From Bacteroidales bacterium UBA1173 (GTDB taxonomy: Bacteria > Bacteroidota > Bacteroidia > Bacteroidales > F082): a stretch of 64,000 nt of DNA. A model generated the notes under the pieces. That model made no database searches. It saw only the letters and a list, made by a program, of their open reading frames with translations, and was not told where the DNA came from. Location of the stretch: positions 59,868-123,867 of the forward strand of contig DBYZ01000003.1 of the NCBI GenBank assembly GCA_002311655.1, given 5' to 3'. Of the stretch, positions 7,497 to 17,232 are shown piece by piece (within the stretch, counting starts at the first letter, position 1; each line of letters starts with the position of its first letter). The translations under genes and the position numbers were made by a program.

Positions 7497-9293
7497 ATGC
7501 GAAAGATTTCTTTATACATCTTATTTCTATTGCTTTTAGCCTCTTGTGCTCGCAATCCGATGGCGGAATGGACCGAAGGACAGGCTGAAGCCGACGGTCG
7601 CGCACTGAACACCCTTGTGCTTCAAAACGTTACAAAAGGTTCAAGAGTGTGGTTTCAAGAACTTTTCGACAGCAAAACCATGGTCGAAGGACCGAAAATC
7701 AACCATTATCAAGGCACTTCGTGGTATATCGACATCCCGACAAACGGCACCGTGACAATAAAATATTACGGTCGCCCGCTTCCTCGTCAGTCGTGGGCTC
7801 CGGAAGGCTTCGTGATGCAGCAGAAAGGCAAGTCCGACAAGCCGATGCAGGTGAAATATAACTTCATCAAACATCCGAACAACGAGACTGTCGACGACGA
7901 TTTCGTCTGCCGCTATGAGTCGCAGCCTGGCGACATCATCCCGCAGGTGAAACGTGTAAAATACGGCACCGAAGCGATGGAGCCTACCGAGAACCTCCCC
8001 CACGGATGGTATCGCATCATCATCGATGAAGACGGCGAGCCGACAGTGGAATCGGATGATGAAGACGGCGCATTTTATGCCCAGATAACCCTCGACAAGC
8101 TGCCGAAGCCGCTGCAGCCGATGACTATCGAAGACTGGCCCGACAACCAATATCGCGGTTTCATGCTCGACGTGGCACGCGACTTCCGTCCAGTAGATGA
8201 AGTACTGAAAGTCATCGACCTGATGGCACAGTATAAGTTCAACGTCTTTCATTTCCACATCGGAGACGACGAAGCTTGGTGTCTGGAAATCAAAGACTTA
8301 CCCGATTTAACCGACTTCAGTGGACATCATGCATTGCCAGATTGGAATCTTCAGGAGACAGAAGCGCTGAAGCCTACTGCAAACGGTCGCGTCGACAACG
8401 TAACTTATTATACCTCAGAGGAATATAAACAAATTTTGCGTTACGCTTGGGAACGCCACATTGCGGTGATTCCAGAATTCGACGCTCCCGGACATTCGAG
8501 AGCTTCTATTAAAGCCATGCAGGCATACGAACGTCGCACCGGTGACGCCTCTTACCGTCTGCAAGACCCCGCCGACACCTCACATTACTGGTCGGCGCAG
8601 GATTTCACAGATAACGTGTTAAGTGTATATCTGCCAAGCGTTTACACATTCTACGGCATGGTTTTCGATGAGGTCATACGTCTGCATGACGAGGCTGAGG
8701 TGCCGCTTCTCGCCATACATATCGGAGGCGACGAGGTCCCTGGCGGCGCATGGGCAAATCAAGACCGCAAGGCAATGAAAGACCTGTTTACCAACAACAT
8801 GCTGGAACTCGCCGAGCAACGCGGCATCAAACTTGCAGGATGGGAAGACATCGCAAAAGGCATTGAGCCTGAGACACTTGATCGTCTTAAGAACTCGCTT
8901 TATTTCGTCAACATCTGGACAGGCAAAGGCATGGAGGGATTGCCCTGTGTGCTCTCACCAGCCACCAATAACTACGTTGACCTCGCCTACAGCGCTGATC
9001 CTGAGGAACTTGGACTCTTCTGGGCAGGCTTCGTCGACGAGCGTAAGACCTTCTCGATGAATCCGAAAGAATACACCGGCGACATCGTGGGAGTGTCGGC
9101 ACATCTGTGGTCGGAGCAGCTCCGTAAATTCGATGACGTCACCTTCCAGATGCTCCCGAAGGCTCTCGGCGTAGCCGAACGCGCCTGGAACACTACCTCG
9201 CCCGGCAATTTCAACCAGTTCTACAGCATCATCGTCGATCGCGAGATGCCTGTCTGGGAAAAAACGGGTTACAAATTCAAGAAAAGAAATTAA
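7497..9293 (+). CDS. GH20 beta-N-acetylhexosaminidase, probable lipoprotein
   Basis: It has 'RGFMLDVARDF', 'FNVFHFHIGDDEAW' and 'HIGGDEVPGGAW'. The signal peptide is 'MRKISLYILFLLLLASC'. The ORF-track start at 7392 was rejected because the promoter box lies inside that extension. Confidence 0.88.
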   Translation: MRKISLYILFLLLLASCARNPMAEWTEGQAEADGRALNTLVLQNVTKGSRVWFQELFDSKTMVEGPKINHYQGTSWYIDIPTNGTVTIKYYGRPLPRQSWAPEGFVMQQKGKSDKPMQVKYNFIKHPNNETVDDDFVCRYESQPGDIIPQVKRVKYGTEAMEPTENLPHGWYRIIIDEDGEPTVESDDEDGAFYAQITLDKLPKPLQPMTIEDWPDNQYRGFMLDVARDFRPVDEVLKVIDLMAQYKFNVFHFHIGDDEAWCLEIKDLPDLTDFSGHHALPDWNLQETEALKPTANGRVDNVTYYTSEEYKQILRYAWERHIAVIPEFDAPGHSRASIKAMQAYERRTGDASYRLQDPADTSHYWSAQDFTDNVLSVYLPSVYTFYGMVFDEVIRLHDEAEVPLLAIHIGGDEVPGGAWANQDRKAMKDLFTNNMLELAEQRGIKLAGWEDIAKGIEPETLDRLKNSLYFVNIWTGKGMEGLPCVLSPATNNYVDLAYSADPEELGLFWAGFVDERKTFSMNPKEYTGDIVGVSAHLWSEQLRKFDDVTFQMLPKALGVAERAWNTTSPGNFNQFYSIIVDREMPVWEKTGYKFKKRN

Positions 9294-9304
9294 ATTTTAA
9301 TGAT

Positions 9305-9775
9305 ATGAAAGCAACTTATTCACAACGCCTTATCAAATTGGCAGACCTCAACCATCATCAGACATTTTTCGCGGGTCGCTGCTCGGAATATTTCTTGGAA
9401 AGCTCGTATTTCGCTGTGGCTCAATATGTTGACACCAAAGACACAGTGCTTCTCGTGCTTCACGGCATCGACTTCAAGTTCCCTATTTTCGCCGGCGACA
9501 TCGTCACCTTCGAGAGCAAAGTCATCTCAGCGGGACGCTCCACTTTGACCGTTTACACCAAGATGTACCGCAGCCGCGAGCCTGAGAAAGTGGCAGCCGA
9601 CGGATTCGCCACCTTCTCATATCTCGATGAGAATCATCATTCCAAGCCACACGGCGTAGTGATAACTCCTGAGACCGAAGAAGAGAGATGGCTCAACCAG
9701 CAAGCCGTCGAGGTTCTCGAAGAGTCGAAAAAACGCGCCAAGGCAATGAACTCGTCCGTTTCTTCAAACAAATAA
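9305..9775 (+). CDS. acyl-CoA thioesterase (hotdog fold)
   Basis: The size (156 aa) and the 'FFAGRC...LHGIDFKFPIFAGDIVTFESKVISAGRSTLTV' pattern fit 4HBT/Acot-type thioesterases. Confidence 0.7.
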   Translation: MKATYSQRLIKLADLNHHQTFFAGRCSEYFLESSYFAVAQYVDTKDTVLLVLHGIDFKFPIFAGDIVTFESKVISAGRSTLTVYTKMYRSREPEKVAADGFATFSYLDENHHSKPHGVVITPETEEERWLNQQAVEVLEESKKRAKAMNSSVSSNK

Positions 9776-12700
9776 TCATCTGAGACTCACTTTCTTGCTG
9801 AAGCTGCCTTTTGGGGTGCTTATCTTGACGATGTAAAGTCCCGCGACTTGTTGGCTCAGGTCGATGCTGAATGATTCGCCGTCAGGCAAATGACGAACAT
9901 TCTTTGTGATTATTATTTCGCCTAACATGTTGAATACCTCCACCAAGGCGGCGTCTCGTATCGTCTCATCACAACAGATGTTGATGATTCCGTTGGTCGG
10001 GTTCGGGAAGACACGGAACGGCGACGCGACTTGTTCTTCGATGTCAAGACTGCCGAGTTCTATGGTTTTGGTGAGCGACTGGCTGCAACCGGCATCGGCT
10101 GTGACCGTCAGAGTGGCTTCCGTGATGCCTGGGGCAAAACTCCACACAACGTCGGCTTCGTTGCCATGAGCGAAGACATGACCGACTTCTTCTGGCTCCA
10201 ACATCCATAAATAGTCGATTCCGCTTTGTGAATCAACTGAATAATGGCTTGAAACCGTCGTCACCGGGTTAATGTAATCGTCACCAGTGATGGCATCGCC
10301 CAAAGTTATCTCGTCAGTGAAGATGAGCTGCAATGGACTGACAATGGCATCAACATTCAATTGCAAAGTGGTGCCGCCATCATTCACGTCATTCAAACCA
10401 GGGAAATACTCCGGATGAAGTGCGTGCGGGTCGTCGAAATAGCCGTCACCGCTGGTGGTCCATTCCAGATTTTGGTAATTATAAGCATAACTGTTATCTA
10501 TAAACACGCTTTCGTTTCGGCAAACCATCAGAGAACCGCCTGAATATGCGATGGTTATCTGCTTTGGAGCGATATTCACGTCATCAATCCAAGCGCAGTC
10601 ATAAGTCAAACTCACCGAATTGTCCTTGGCGTAAGTCCATTTGAAAGTGTGGCTTCCCGCTGTCAAAGCGAAACGCTCCTCGCCCCAAGGTCTGGAGCCC
10701 GACCACTCGCCCATGTCCATATTGTCAATGGAAAACTGTAGCTTGTCGTAGTTATACTCCGACGACACTTTTTTGAAGAAACTTATCTCCGTAGCTTGAG
10801 TCTCCCGCGTAATGGAAATCACACTTGACTGGCTGTTGCCGATTTCACCTGATTTCATGCAATAGCCGTCAGAATGCGCTTCGTCATCCGACAAAACCCA
10901 TGGCGCGGTGCCATAAAACTGCCAATTCTGCGCATTGAAATGGTCGGGGTCGAAAGTCTCGTTGAATCCGCCGTAAGGCAGCAAAGTGTCGATGATGGTT
11001 GGACTGACTCCGTCATCAACTGTAATCCTTGTCATAAGCCAACCTTCGTCGCTAACGATGTTATGGTTGCTGATGCGGAAAACCACGTCCTGAACGCTTT
11101 CTTTCTCGATGGTGTTGATGATTCGCGACGGAGAATCGACGGTGATGAATGGTGCCATTATCTCCAAATAAACATTGACAGGATTACTGTCGAAATGTCC
11201 ATTGTTGGCTATTTGGACATGCATATCTGTATTGCCTGTGCCCTCGAGTTGAAGCACCGCCTGATGATTGCTGTTTTCGTAAGTGATTTCAGGCTTTATT
11301 TCGAGCGCTGGCGCGACGATATTCTGTGCGATAACGCATTCTTTTGCACCGTTGCCATCATTGACAATTACTGTGAATAAAACCTCTGTCATGTCGGGTA
11401 TGTCGTCGGCGATTTTGATACGGAAAGCGTTGTTGATGGTGACCGTCTGAGCCGGCGCTACGTTCTGTGTTTGACACGTGGCTTGGGTGATTTCCACGAA
11501 AGGCGACGCGCAAGAAAGACTCAGCGTGACATTTCCAGCCACGTTGTTCCCGTAATTATGCAGCTTGATGCCGATATTCACGTTTTCACCATTGTGGAGA
11601 ATGTTTTGATTATTTCCGGTCAGCCATCCGTCGTTGTCAACAACCACATAGGCGCCATGGTCGGAAATCACCGGCACCGCACGCTCATAGCGGAAATGGT
11701 TCTGTTTTGTGGCAGTGACGATGACCCTCTCCCCTTCTGCCAAATCCGGCAAAGCGAAAGTGCATGCTTGTCCGTGGCTTTGCTGCACGCCGATAATCTC
11801 GCCATCTTTCGAAAGACAAATTATGGCGCCTTCTTCGGCAGTCACCGTAAACTCATCAGCGTTTGACGTAAGATATTGTCCATGTGTGATTTGCAGCGGC
11901 TGAGGCACATCTGTAAACAGGTTGAGATATGTCTCACCTGTATAGCAGAATATATGTCTGGTGGAGTTTTCCTTGTTAACCCACCAATCGGGCAGGAAAT
12001 AATGATAGTCGAAGTAAAACTTGGCATCCGCAAGCACAAATGACGGTCTGATGAACTCAGGAGGAGTATCGCTGCCGACGTTGGGCTGGAAATTTGGCCA
12101 GATGCAGTCGTAGATGCCCCATTCGAGAATATCGTTGAAATAAGAATATGTGAGCGGAACCGCTCCTATGCCACCGACAGCACCTCCATTAGGTTTGATG
12201 CAGAAAGCGTCGATAAGTCCTCTGGTTGACGAGGTGAAAGAGGCAGTGCTGCAGCTGATGGAAATAACAAAAGTCATAGGCTCACCGACAAGGCAGCTCA
12301 AGCTTCCAGTAGTGAAAGACGGATACCACCATCCGTAAGGATAGGAATGTCCTCTGTATAATGTCAAAAACGCTCCTTCGTTGAGTGCGGAATGCAATGG
12401 CACCGTGTCGCTCTTTGTCAGCCATTCGTGCATCTCGCTGATCGACTCCGGAAGATAACCCTGTCCGTTTGGACCGAAATAGTCGAGCAAGACGGGGATG
12501 TTATATCCTGTCGACCAGATGGAATCAGGCGGGTCGACAGAAGTGGCGTGGAGCATGTATAAGTTGGTTGGGTTTTTCCCGAGCATGTTTCTGTAGAATC
12601 CGTTGATGCTCTGCGAGCTTATGATAAACCATCTGTTTTCGTCGTGTCCCGACGAGATTATCGGTTGGTTGTAATATGCCGCCTCAATTGGCGGATTGCA

Positions 12701-13678
12701 TTCATATTCTATGGTTTTCTTCACAAAAGCCTGATACTCTGCCATGTTTCGCGCCGTGATTCGGCTGATTGACAAGTCTGGCAGACTGTCGCCGTTCATG
12801 TCGCAATAGGGATAGTCGGTGGCATAACGTTGGGAGGCGTAATCGCCTTCGATGGTGTAATGGTAAAACGGAACGATGCCAGAGTTGTTGTAATAGCCAC
12901 CAAACAGAAGCACTGCCGCAGGCGGGATAGCCCAGTTGTTATAGGCATTGAGGATGTAGTTGCGGATACTGGTGGTTGTGTTGCCTCCACATTCCGAGAG
13001 ACTCACCACCTTGGTCAGGATGCCTTGTTTTTGGCGGAAAGCTTTCAGAGTGTCAGCCAAAGCCAAGACTTCCGTGTTATCCGGAGCGATGATAAGATAC
13101 TCACAGCCTTCACCGTCTTTATCAAAATTCGACTTAAGCAAACTGTAATAGTCTGATTCCGGAAGCATCTCCTTATTGAGAACTATGCTGCGCAGTATGT
13201 GTTTCCAATCAGGGTTGAGGTAGCGCGCTTCACCGAATTGACCGTTGCCGCCTTCAAAACGGATGTCGATATTTATGTCTTGAATGAGTTCCAAAGTTTT
13301 TTGTTTCGGATTGTACCGATAAGGCGTAACTTTAAGCAGAACCACATCGAGACCACGTATTGTCGTCGGTTTTATTTCGACAACATCCCTTTCCGAAATG
13401 TCGGCGCCTTCAATCATCTTGGCAATGGGCGACAAATCGATGTTGCCAAGCGTTCTGCCACCATGCTCTTGCACCTCCAAACATACTGTCGCCCCTTTTG
13501 GCACAGCGATATAATGGCTTTCGGATGGCAAGTTGGGCACACCACCTCTGACACTGACTTTCGGCAGTGAATAATGTAAACTGAGACCCTTTTCAGTGCT
13601 GCTTTCCACTCGAAGACCCTGGGCGTTCATAACACCCGTCACAAGCAAAATGACTGCAAGCAATAAATATCGTTTCAT
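9776..13678 (-). CDS. C25 (gingipain-like) family cysteine peptidase, T9SS cargo, 1300 aa
   Basis: It has a signal peptide and a propeptide-like N-terminus. 'CEYLIIAPDN' is present. The catalytic-type motifs are 'LYRGHSYPYGWW' and 'ISISCSTASF'. The CTD is 'FRVFPNPTNGII...GLYIVKI'. Confidence 0.8.
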   Translation of the reverse strand: MKRYLLLAVILLVTGVMNAQGLRVESSTEKGLSLHYSLPKVSVRGGVPNLPSESHYIAVPKGATVCLEVQEHGGRTLGNIDLSPIAKMIEGADISERDVVEIKPTTIRGLDVVLLKVTPYRYNPKQKTLELIQDINIDIRFEGGNGQFGEARYLNPDWKHILRSIVLNKEMLPESDYYSLLKSNFDKDGEGCEYLIIAPDNTEVLALADTLKAFRQKQGILTKVVSLSECGGNTTTSIRNYILNAYNNWAIPPAAVLLFGGYYNNSGIVPFYHYTIEGDYASQRYATDYPYCDMNGDSLPDLSISRITARNMAEYQAFVKKTIEYECNPPIEAAYYNQPIISSGHDENRWFIISSQSINGFYRNMLGKNPTNLYMLHATSVDPPDSIWSTGYNIPVLLDYFGPNGQGYLPESISEMHEWLTKSDTVPLHSALNEGAFLTLYRGHSYPYGWWYPSFTTGSLSCLVGEPMTFVISISCSTASFTSSTRGLIDAFCIKPNGGAVGGIGAVPLTYSYFNDILEWGIYDCIWPNFQPNVGSDTPPEFIRPSFVLADAKFYFDYHYFLPDWWVNKENSTRHIFCYTGETYLNLFTDVPQPLQITHGQYLTSNADEFTVTAEEGAIICLSKDGEIIGVQQSHGQACTFALPDLAEGERVIVTATKQNHFRYERAVPVISDHGAYVVVDNDGWLTGNNQNILHNGENVNIGIKLHNYGNNVAGNVTLSLSCASPFVEITQATCQTQNVAPAQTVTINNAFRIKIADDIPDMTEVLFTVIVNDGNGAKECVIAQNIVAPALEIKPEITYENSNHQAVLQLEGTGNTDMHVQIANNGHFDSNPVNVYLEIMAPFITVDSPSRIINTIEKESVQDVVFRISNHNIVSDEGWLMTRITVDDGVSPTIIDTLLPYGGFNETFDPDHFNAQNWQFYGTAPWVLSDDEAHSDGYCMKSGEIGNSQSSVISITRETQATEISFFKKVSSEYNYDKLQFSIDNMDMGEWSGSRPWGEERFALTAGSHTFKWTYAKDNSVSLTYDCAWIDDVNIAPKQITIAYSGGSLMVCRNESVFIDNSYAYNYQNLEWTTSGDGYFDDPHALHPEYFPGLNDVNDGGTTLQLNVDAIVSPLQLIFTDEITLGDAITGDDYINPVTTVSSHYSVDSQSGIDYLWMLEPEEVGHVFAHGNEADVVWSFAPGITEATLTVTADAGCSQSLTKTIELGSLDIEEQVASPFRVFPNPTNGIINICCDETIRDAALVEVFNMLGEIIITKNVRHLPDGESFSIDLSQQVAGLYIVKISTPKGSFSKKVSLR

Positions 13679-13696
13679 AGGCAGAAAGTTTTATTA

Positions 13697-15718
13697 TTAG
13701 TGCTGAATTGTTAATTTTCGAATACAAGAGGCATTGTCTCCCACAATTTTCACGAAATAGATTCCGGTCAGGAAATCACTGGTTGATATCTCGTATCTGT
13801 CGCCTTGCATCCTGCAATTGTAACAGAGCTTTCCTTGAATATCATAGACGGTCAGTTCGGCATTGCGTAATGGCTCGCTGACAGTTATGGTAACGAACGT
13901 TGAAGCAGGGTTTGGCGCAACTGTCAGCGTGACTTCATCAGATTCGCCAACAAAGTCTGGCATTGTGGGCAGTTCGGCAAACCAGATGCCACCAGCCATT
14001 GGCGAAGCGTAAATACGCTCTCCGTCGATGTAGATGTCGAGTATTGGTCCAACGACTGGAATATTGTCCATCTGCAGCCATTTGTTGCAATGGTCGTATT
14101 TCAGGTAAATGGAGCCGTCTTCGCAACCCACGGCAACGATGGTGTCGGTGGTGGTGATGCGCCTGATGGTGGCATCGCCAGGCAGCGCGTCGACAGCGTA
14201 CCAAGTCGATCCCATGTCGCCAGTGAAGTGAAGGCCGTGCTCGCGAGTGCCTAAATACAAACCGTTGTCATGGTAGCGCAATGTTGTGTAGTTGACTCCC
14301 TCAAACGGGGAGTTGAGGACTTGCCAATTGCTGCCTTGTTCACGGCTGTGGCGCAACACGCCGTCGTAGGAGACATGAAACATAGTGGCTCCGTCCCATG
14401 CAAGGTCAACGACATCGATTTCATAAGGAAGACAAGTCGGCACATACCAATGCTGGCCCAGACCGAAGGAGACATACATCCTGTCTTTGCTTCCCACAAT
14501 GATTTGCGAACCGCAGCGCACGAGGCTTTGAAGCCATTGTGCCTCTGGCAATCCTGAACCTGCAGCAGTGAACGATGTGCCTCTGTTGGTGGAGAGGAAG
14601 CTGCCAAGCATGTCGGTGCCGATAAACACATTGTTGTTTTCAACCATCATGCCGCGGATTTCCACCGTCCCGATGCCAGTGCTCTGTGTCCAAGTGATGC
14701 CATCGTCGGTGTAAAACATATCGGAGCCGTGGGTAGCTGCCAGCATACGTCCGTTGCTGATACCCATGTTGCCCACAGATGCGAGAAACGTAGGTGTGTT
14801 GGTACGAATCCATCCTGTGCCGTCGCTGTTGCCACGGAAGATGCGACCTTGTGTGTCGCCCACGAAGAGATACCCGTCGCGAGCTTCCATGCACCATAGG
14901 TTCTTCGACGAAAGGTTGGAGTTGAAATCATGCCAGGTTGTGCCGTTGTCGTATGAGGCAAAGACTCCTTCGCCGATGCAGGCGGCATAAAGGGTGTCGC
15001 CTAAATGGGCATAGCCTTTCGCTTGCTTGTTGAGACCGCTGCTCGTCCACGTGGTGCCGTTGTCGCTTGAAACCATCACTCCTTGACCGAGCACAGTGGC
15101 GAAAACTTTTCCATTGTGGCAGTAGATGCCGAGGACATCGCTGTTCAGACCATTATTGCACGACTCCCATGAGGCTCCATCATCGAAAGAACGGTAGATG
15201 CCGCGCTTATATGTGGCAATGAACATGGCATCTTCGTTGGCGGCCATGAAATATGGATAACGCACGTCGCTGGGGAAAAGACCTGTGACGTATTCGCCCT
15301 GAGTGCCTTCAGTGGATTGGAAAACACCTTGTACATAAGTTGAGGCGAGTAGCGAGCCGTTGTGTACCAATATGTGCTTGATGTAATGGTTGTGCAAATA
15401 AGGGTCCGGTGTCCAGTGAACGCCGCCGTCAGTGCTGCGGAAAATGTTCTCGTCGGTGGAGAGAAAGACTGTGTCATTATACGCGGCAAGGCATTTTGTG
15501 TCGCATGAAGTGAGTCCGTTGTTGCGGAACTCCCAGTTTAAGCCTCGGTCACTGCTCACCATGACGCCGCCTCCTGTGGCGGCATAATACAGACTGTCGG
15601 TGCAGAGAATACTCCTGACGTAGCGACCCTGAGGACCGTCCATCGACTGCCATTGTGCTTGTGCATTATGAGCAAGCAATGTGAAAACAAAGAGAAATAA
15701 TAAAGCAGTGTTTTTCAT
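13697..15718 (-). CDS. BNR/sortilin-type (Ycf48-like) beta-propeller repeat protein, T9SS cargo
   Basis: S-x-D-x-G-x-x-W motifs recur (SSDRGLNW, STDGGVHW, SFDDGASW, SSDNGTTW, SYDNGTTW). The CTD is 'VAPNPASTFVTI...GIYFVKI'. Confidence 0.8.
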   Translation of the reverse strand: MKNTALLFLFVFTLLAHNAQAQWQSMDGPQGRYVRSILCTDSLYYAATGGGVMVSSDRGLNWEFRNNGLTSCDTKCLAAYNDTVFLSTDENIFRSTDGGVHWTPDPYLHNHYIKHILVHNGSLLASTYVQGVFQSTEGTQGEYVTGLFPSDVRYPYFMAANEDAMFIATYKRGIYRSFDDGASWESCNNGLNSDVLGIYCHNGKVFATVLGQGVMVSSDNGTTWTSSGLNKQAKGYAHLGDTLYAACIGEGVFASYDNGTTWHDFNSNLSSKNLWCMEARDGYLFVGDTQGRIFRGNSDGTGWIRTNTPTFLASVGNMGISNGRMLAATHGSDMFYTDDGITWTQSTGIGTVEIRGMMVENNNVFIGTDMLGSFLSTNRGTSFTAAGSGLPEAQWLQSLVRCGSQIIVGSKDRMYVSFGLGQHWYVPTCLPYEIDVVDLAWDGATMFHVSYDGVLRHSREQGSNWQVLNSPFEGVNYTTLRYHDNGLYLGTREHGLHFTGDMGSTWYAVDALPGDATIRRITTTDTIVAVGCEDGSIYLKYDHCNKWLQMDNIPVVGPILDIYIDGERIYASPMAGGIWFAELPTMPDFVGESDEVTLTVAPNPASTFVTITVSEPLRNAELTVYDIQGKLCYNCRMQGDRYEISTSDFLTGIYFVKIVGDNASCIRKLTIQH

Positions 15719-15805
15719 ATTTCTGTCACCATCTTCATAGAATTAGATTGCAAAGTTAAACAATAATTTGTATACTATGACAAATAACATTCGATTTTTG
15801 AACAC

Positions 15806-15840
15806 AAAAAAGGCTGTTAGGTTAACCTAACAGCCTTTTT
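15806..15840. terminator. bidirectional intrinsic terminator
   Basis: aaaaa-aggctgttagg-ttaa-cctaacagcct-tttt forms a perfect 11-bp stem flanked by A and T runs, downstream of the DUF2795 gene. Confidence 0.8.
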
Positions 15841-15869
15841 AATCTTTTGATAATCAGTTGGTTAACTGA

Positions 15870-16091
15870 TTAGTATTCGTCTTCGTGGAAGAAGAAATCA
15901 TCCTTTGTAGGATAATCTGGCCAAAGGTCCTCGATGCGTTCGTAGACATCACCCTCGTCCTCAATCTCCTGAAGATTCTCTATAACTTCCTGTGGAGCGC
16001 CTGTTCTCATTGCCCACTCAAGAAGCTCGTCTCTCGTTGCCGGCCATGGAGCATCCTCCATTTTCGATGCTAATTCTAGTGTCCAATACAT
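15870..16091 (-). CDS. DUF2795 domain protein
   Basis: 'DAPWPATRDELLEWAMRTGAPQEVIENLQEIE' matches the DUF2795 signature. The protein is 73 aa. Confidence 0.7.
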   Translation of the reverse strand: MYWTLELASKMEDAPWPATRDELLEWAMRTGAPQEVIENLQEIEDEGDVYERIEDLWPDYPTKDDFFFHEDEY

Positions 16092-16166
16092 ATTCTTATC
16101 TTTTTATTTTGGGGTGCAAAAATACTACAATTTTTTATTTTGTCAAGAATTTTTTATAAAAAAATA

Positions 16167-16249
16167 AGTCTTTAGTTTTTAGTCGTTAGTCTTTAGTTAT
16201 AAATGCTCATAATCTAATTCTAAAGTCTAAAGACTAATGACTAAAGACT
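16167..16249. repeat. imperfect inverted repeat built from AGTCTTTAG / CTAAAGACT units
   Basis: The left arm (16167-16196, agtctttagtttttagtcgttagtctttag) is close to the reverse complement of the right arm (16220-16249). The repeat abuts the stop codon of the adenosyltransferase gene. Confidence 0.7.
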
Positions 16250-16779
16250 TATTTCGGCTGCCACTTCGTATCGCCTTCCGAAAACACTCTCGACATCACG
16301 AAAAACATGTCCGACAAACGATTTAAATATCTCATTATCACAGGGTTAACATCGTGTTGCCTACTCATCCTGACAACGGCTCTCTCCGCTCTTCTGCACA
16401 CCGTCCTGCACACATGACACTTCGATGCGAGCAGGTTTCCGCCCGGAATGATGAGGCTGTTCAACGGTTTCAATGTGGCGTTCATCTCGTCGATAAACTT
16501 CTCTATGCCTTCCACGTCGCTTTCCTCCATCTGAGGCAGCTGTTTTCTTAACTCACTGGTCTCGTCGGTGGCAAGCAGACACTCCGCCACGAGCAATCGC
16601 TCCTGAATACGCTTGAAAACATCGTTATATCTCTCTGTCGAGTCCATCAGCACCGCGATGAACGCACTCAGCTCGTCGAGGGTGCCGTAAGCCTCCAACC
16701 GCACATCGTCCTTGCCTACTCTTGTGCCGTTGACCAACGATGTCGTGCCTTTGTCGCCTGTTTTCGTGTAAACTTTCAT
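16249..16779 (-). CDS. PduO-type ATP:cob(I)alamin adenosyltransferase
   Basis: The N-terminus 'MKVYTKTGDKGTTSL' and the 'EAYGTLDELSAFI' motif are diagnostic. Confidence 0.9.
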   Translation of the reverse strand: MKVYTKTGDKGTTSLVNGTRVGKDDVRLEAYGTLDELSAFIAVLMDSTERYNDVFKRIQERLLVAECLLATDETSELRKQLPQMEESDVEGIEKFIDEMNATLKPLNSLIIPGGNLLASKCHVCRTVCRRAERAVVRMSRQHDVNPVIMRYLNRLSDMFFVMSRVFSEGDTKWQPK

Positions 16780-17225
16780 ACCTTTAATATATAATGTTCT
16801 TTTTTAATCCTGTCCATCATAAAAACCATGCCGAAACGCCAACAGTCGATGCTCAATCGCACCTTCCCGTCATTTTTCAGCCTTTCCCAATCCGCCTCGT
16901 TCTGTTTGTTGCGATGAATGTCCTTCACAATCATCACAGTGTCGTCATCTTTGAAAATCAAAGGATTATCGTTAATGAAAGCCTTCAGATTTTTTTCCAA
17001 CTCTTCATACAACAGATCGTCATTTCGACTGAAGCGGAGCGGAATGGAGAAATCACCGCCATTTGAATTGGTCTGAATTGTACGCCGGTGATTTCTCGAC
17101 TTCGCTCGAAATGACGAGGTGAATGTTTTTTCAAGCACCTCCTCATAAAGGGAAAATACCATCGGCGAATGCAGATGATATTTCCCTTTAGCTTTAAGCC
17201 GATATTTTAAATAACTGATAATCAA
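16776..17225 (-). pseudogene. degenerate class I SAM-methyltransferase-like gene whose core is replaced by a palindromic repeat element (ORF still open)
   Basis: The N-terminus 'YLKYRLKAKGKYHLHSPMVFSLYEEVL' and the C-terminus 'DTVMIVKDIHRNKQNEADWERLKNDGKVRLSIDCWRFGMVFMMDRIKKEHYILKV' resemble the two ends of a roughly 230-aa Bacteroidota methyltransferase family. The middle is the translated repeat (17027-17125), read as 'FRAKSRNHRR...GDFSIPLRFSRNDD'. Confidence 0.5.
17027..17125 (+). repeat. REP/MITE-like palindromic element, copy 1 (inside the ORF)
   Basis: The terminal inverted arms are cgtcatttcga...gagaaatcaccg and cggtgatttctcgac...tcgaaatgacg. By manual alignment, the first 53 nt match copy 2 (45075-) at 50 positions. 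Confidence 0.8.
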
Positions 17226-17232
17226 CTATTTA

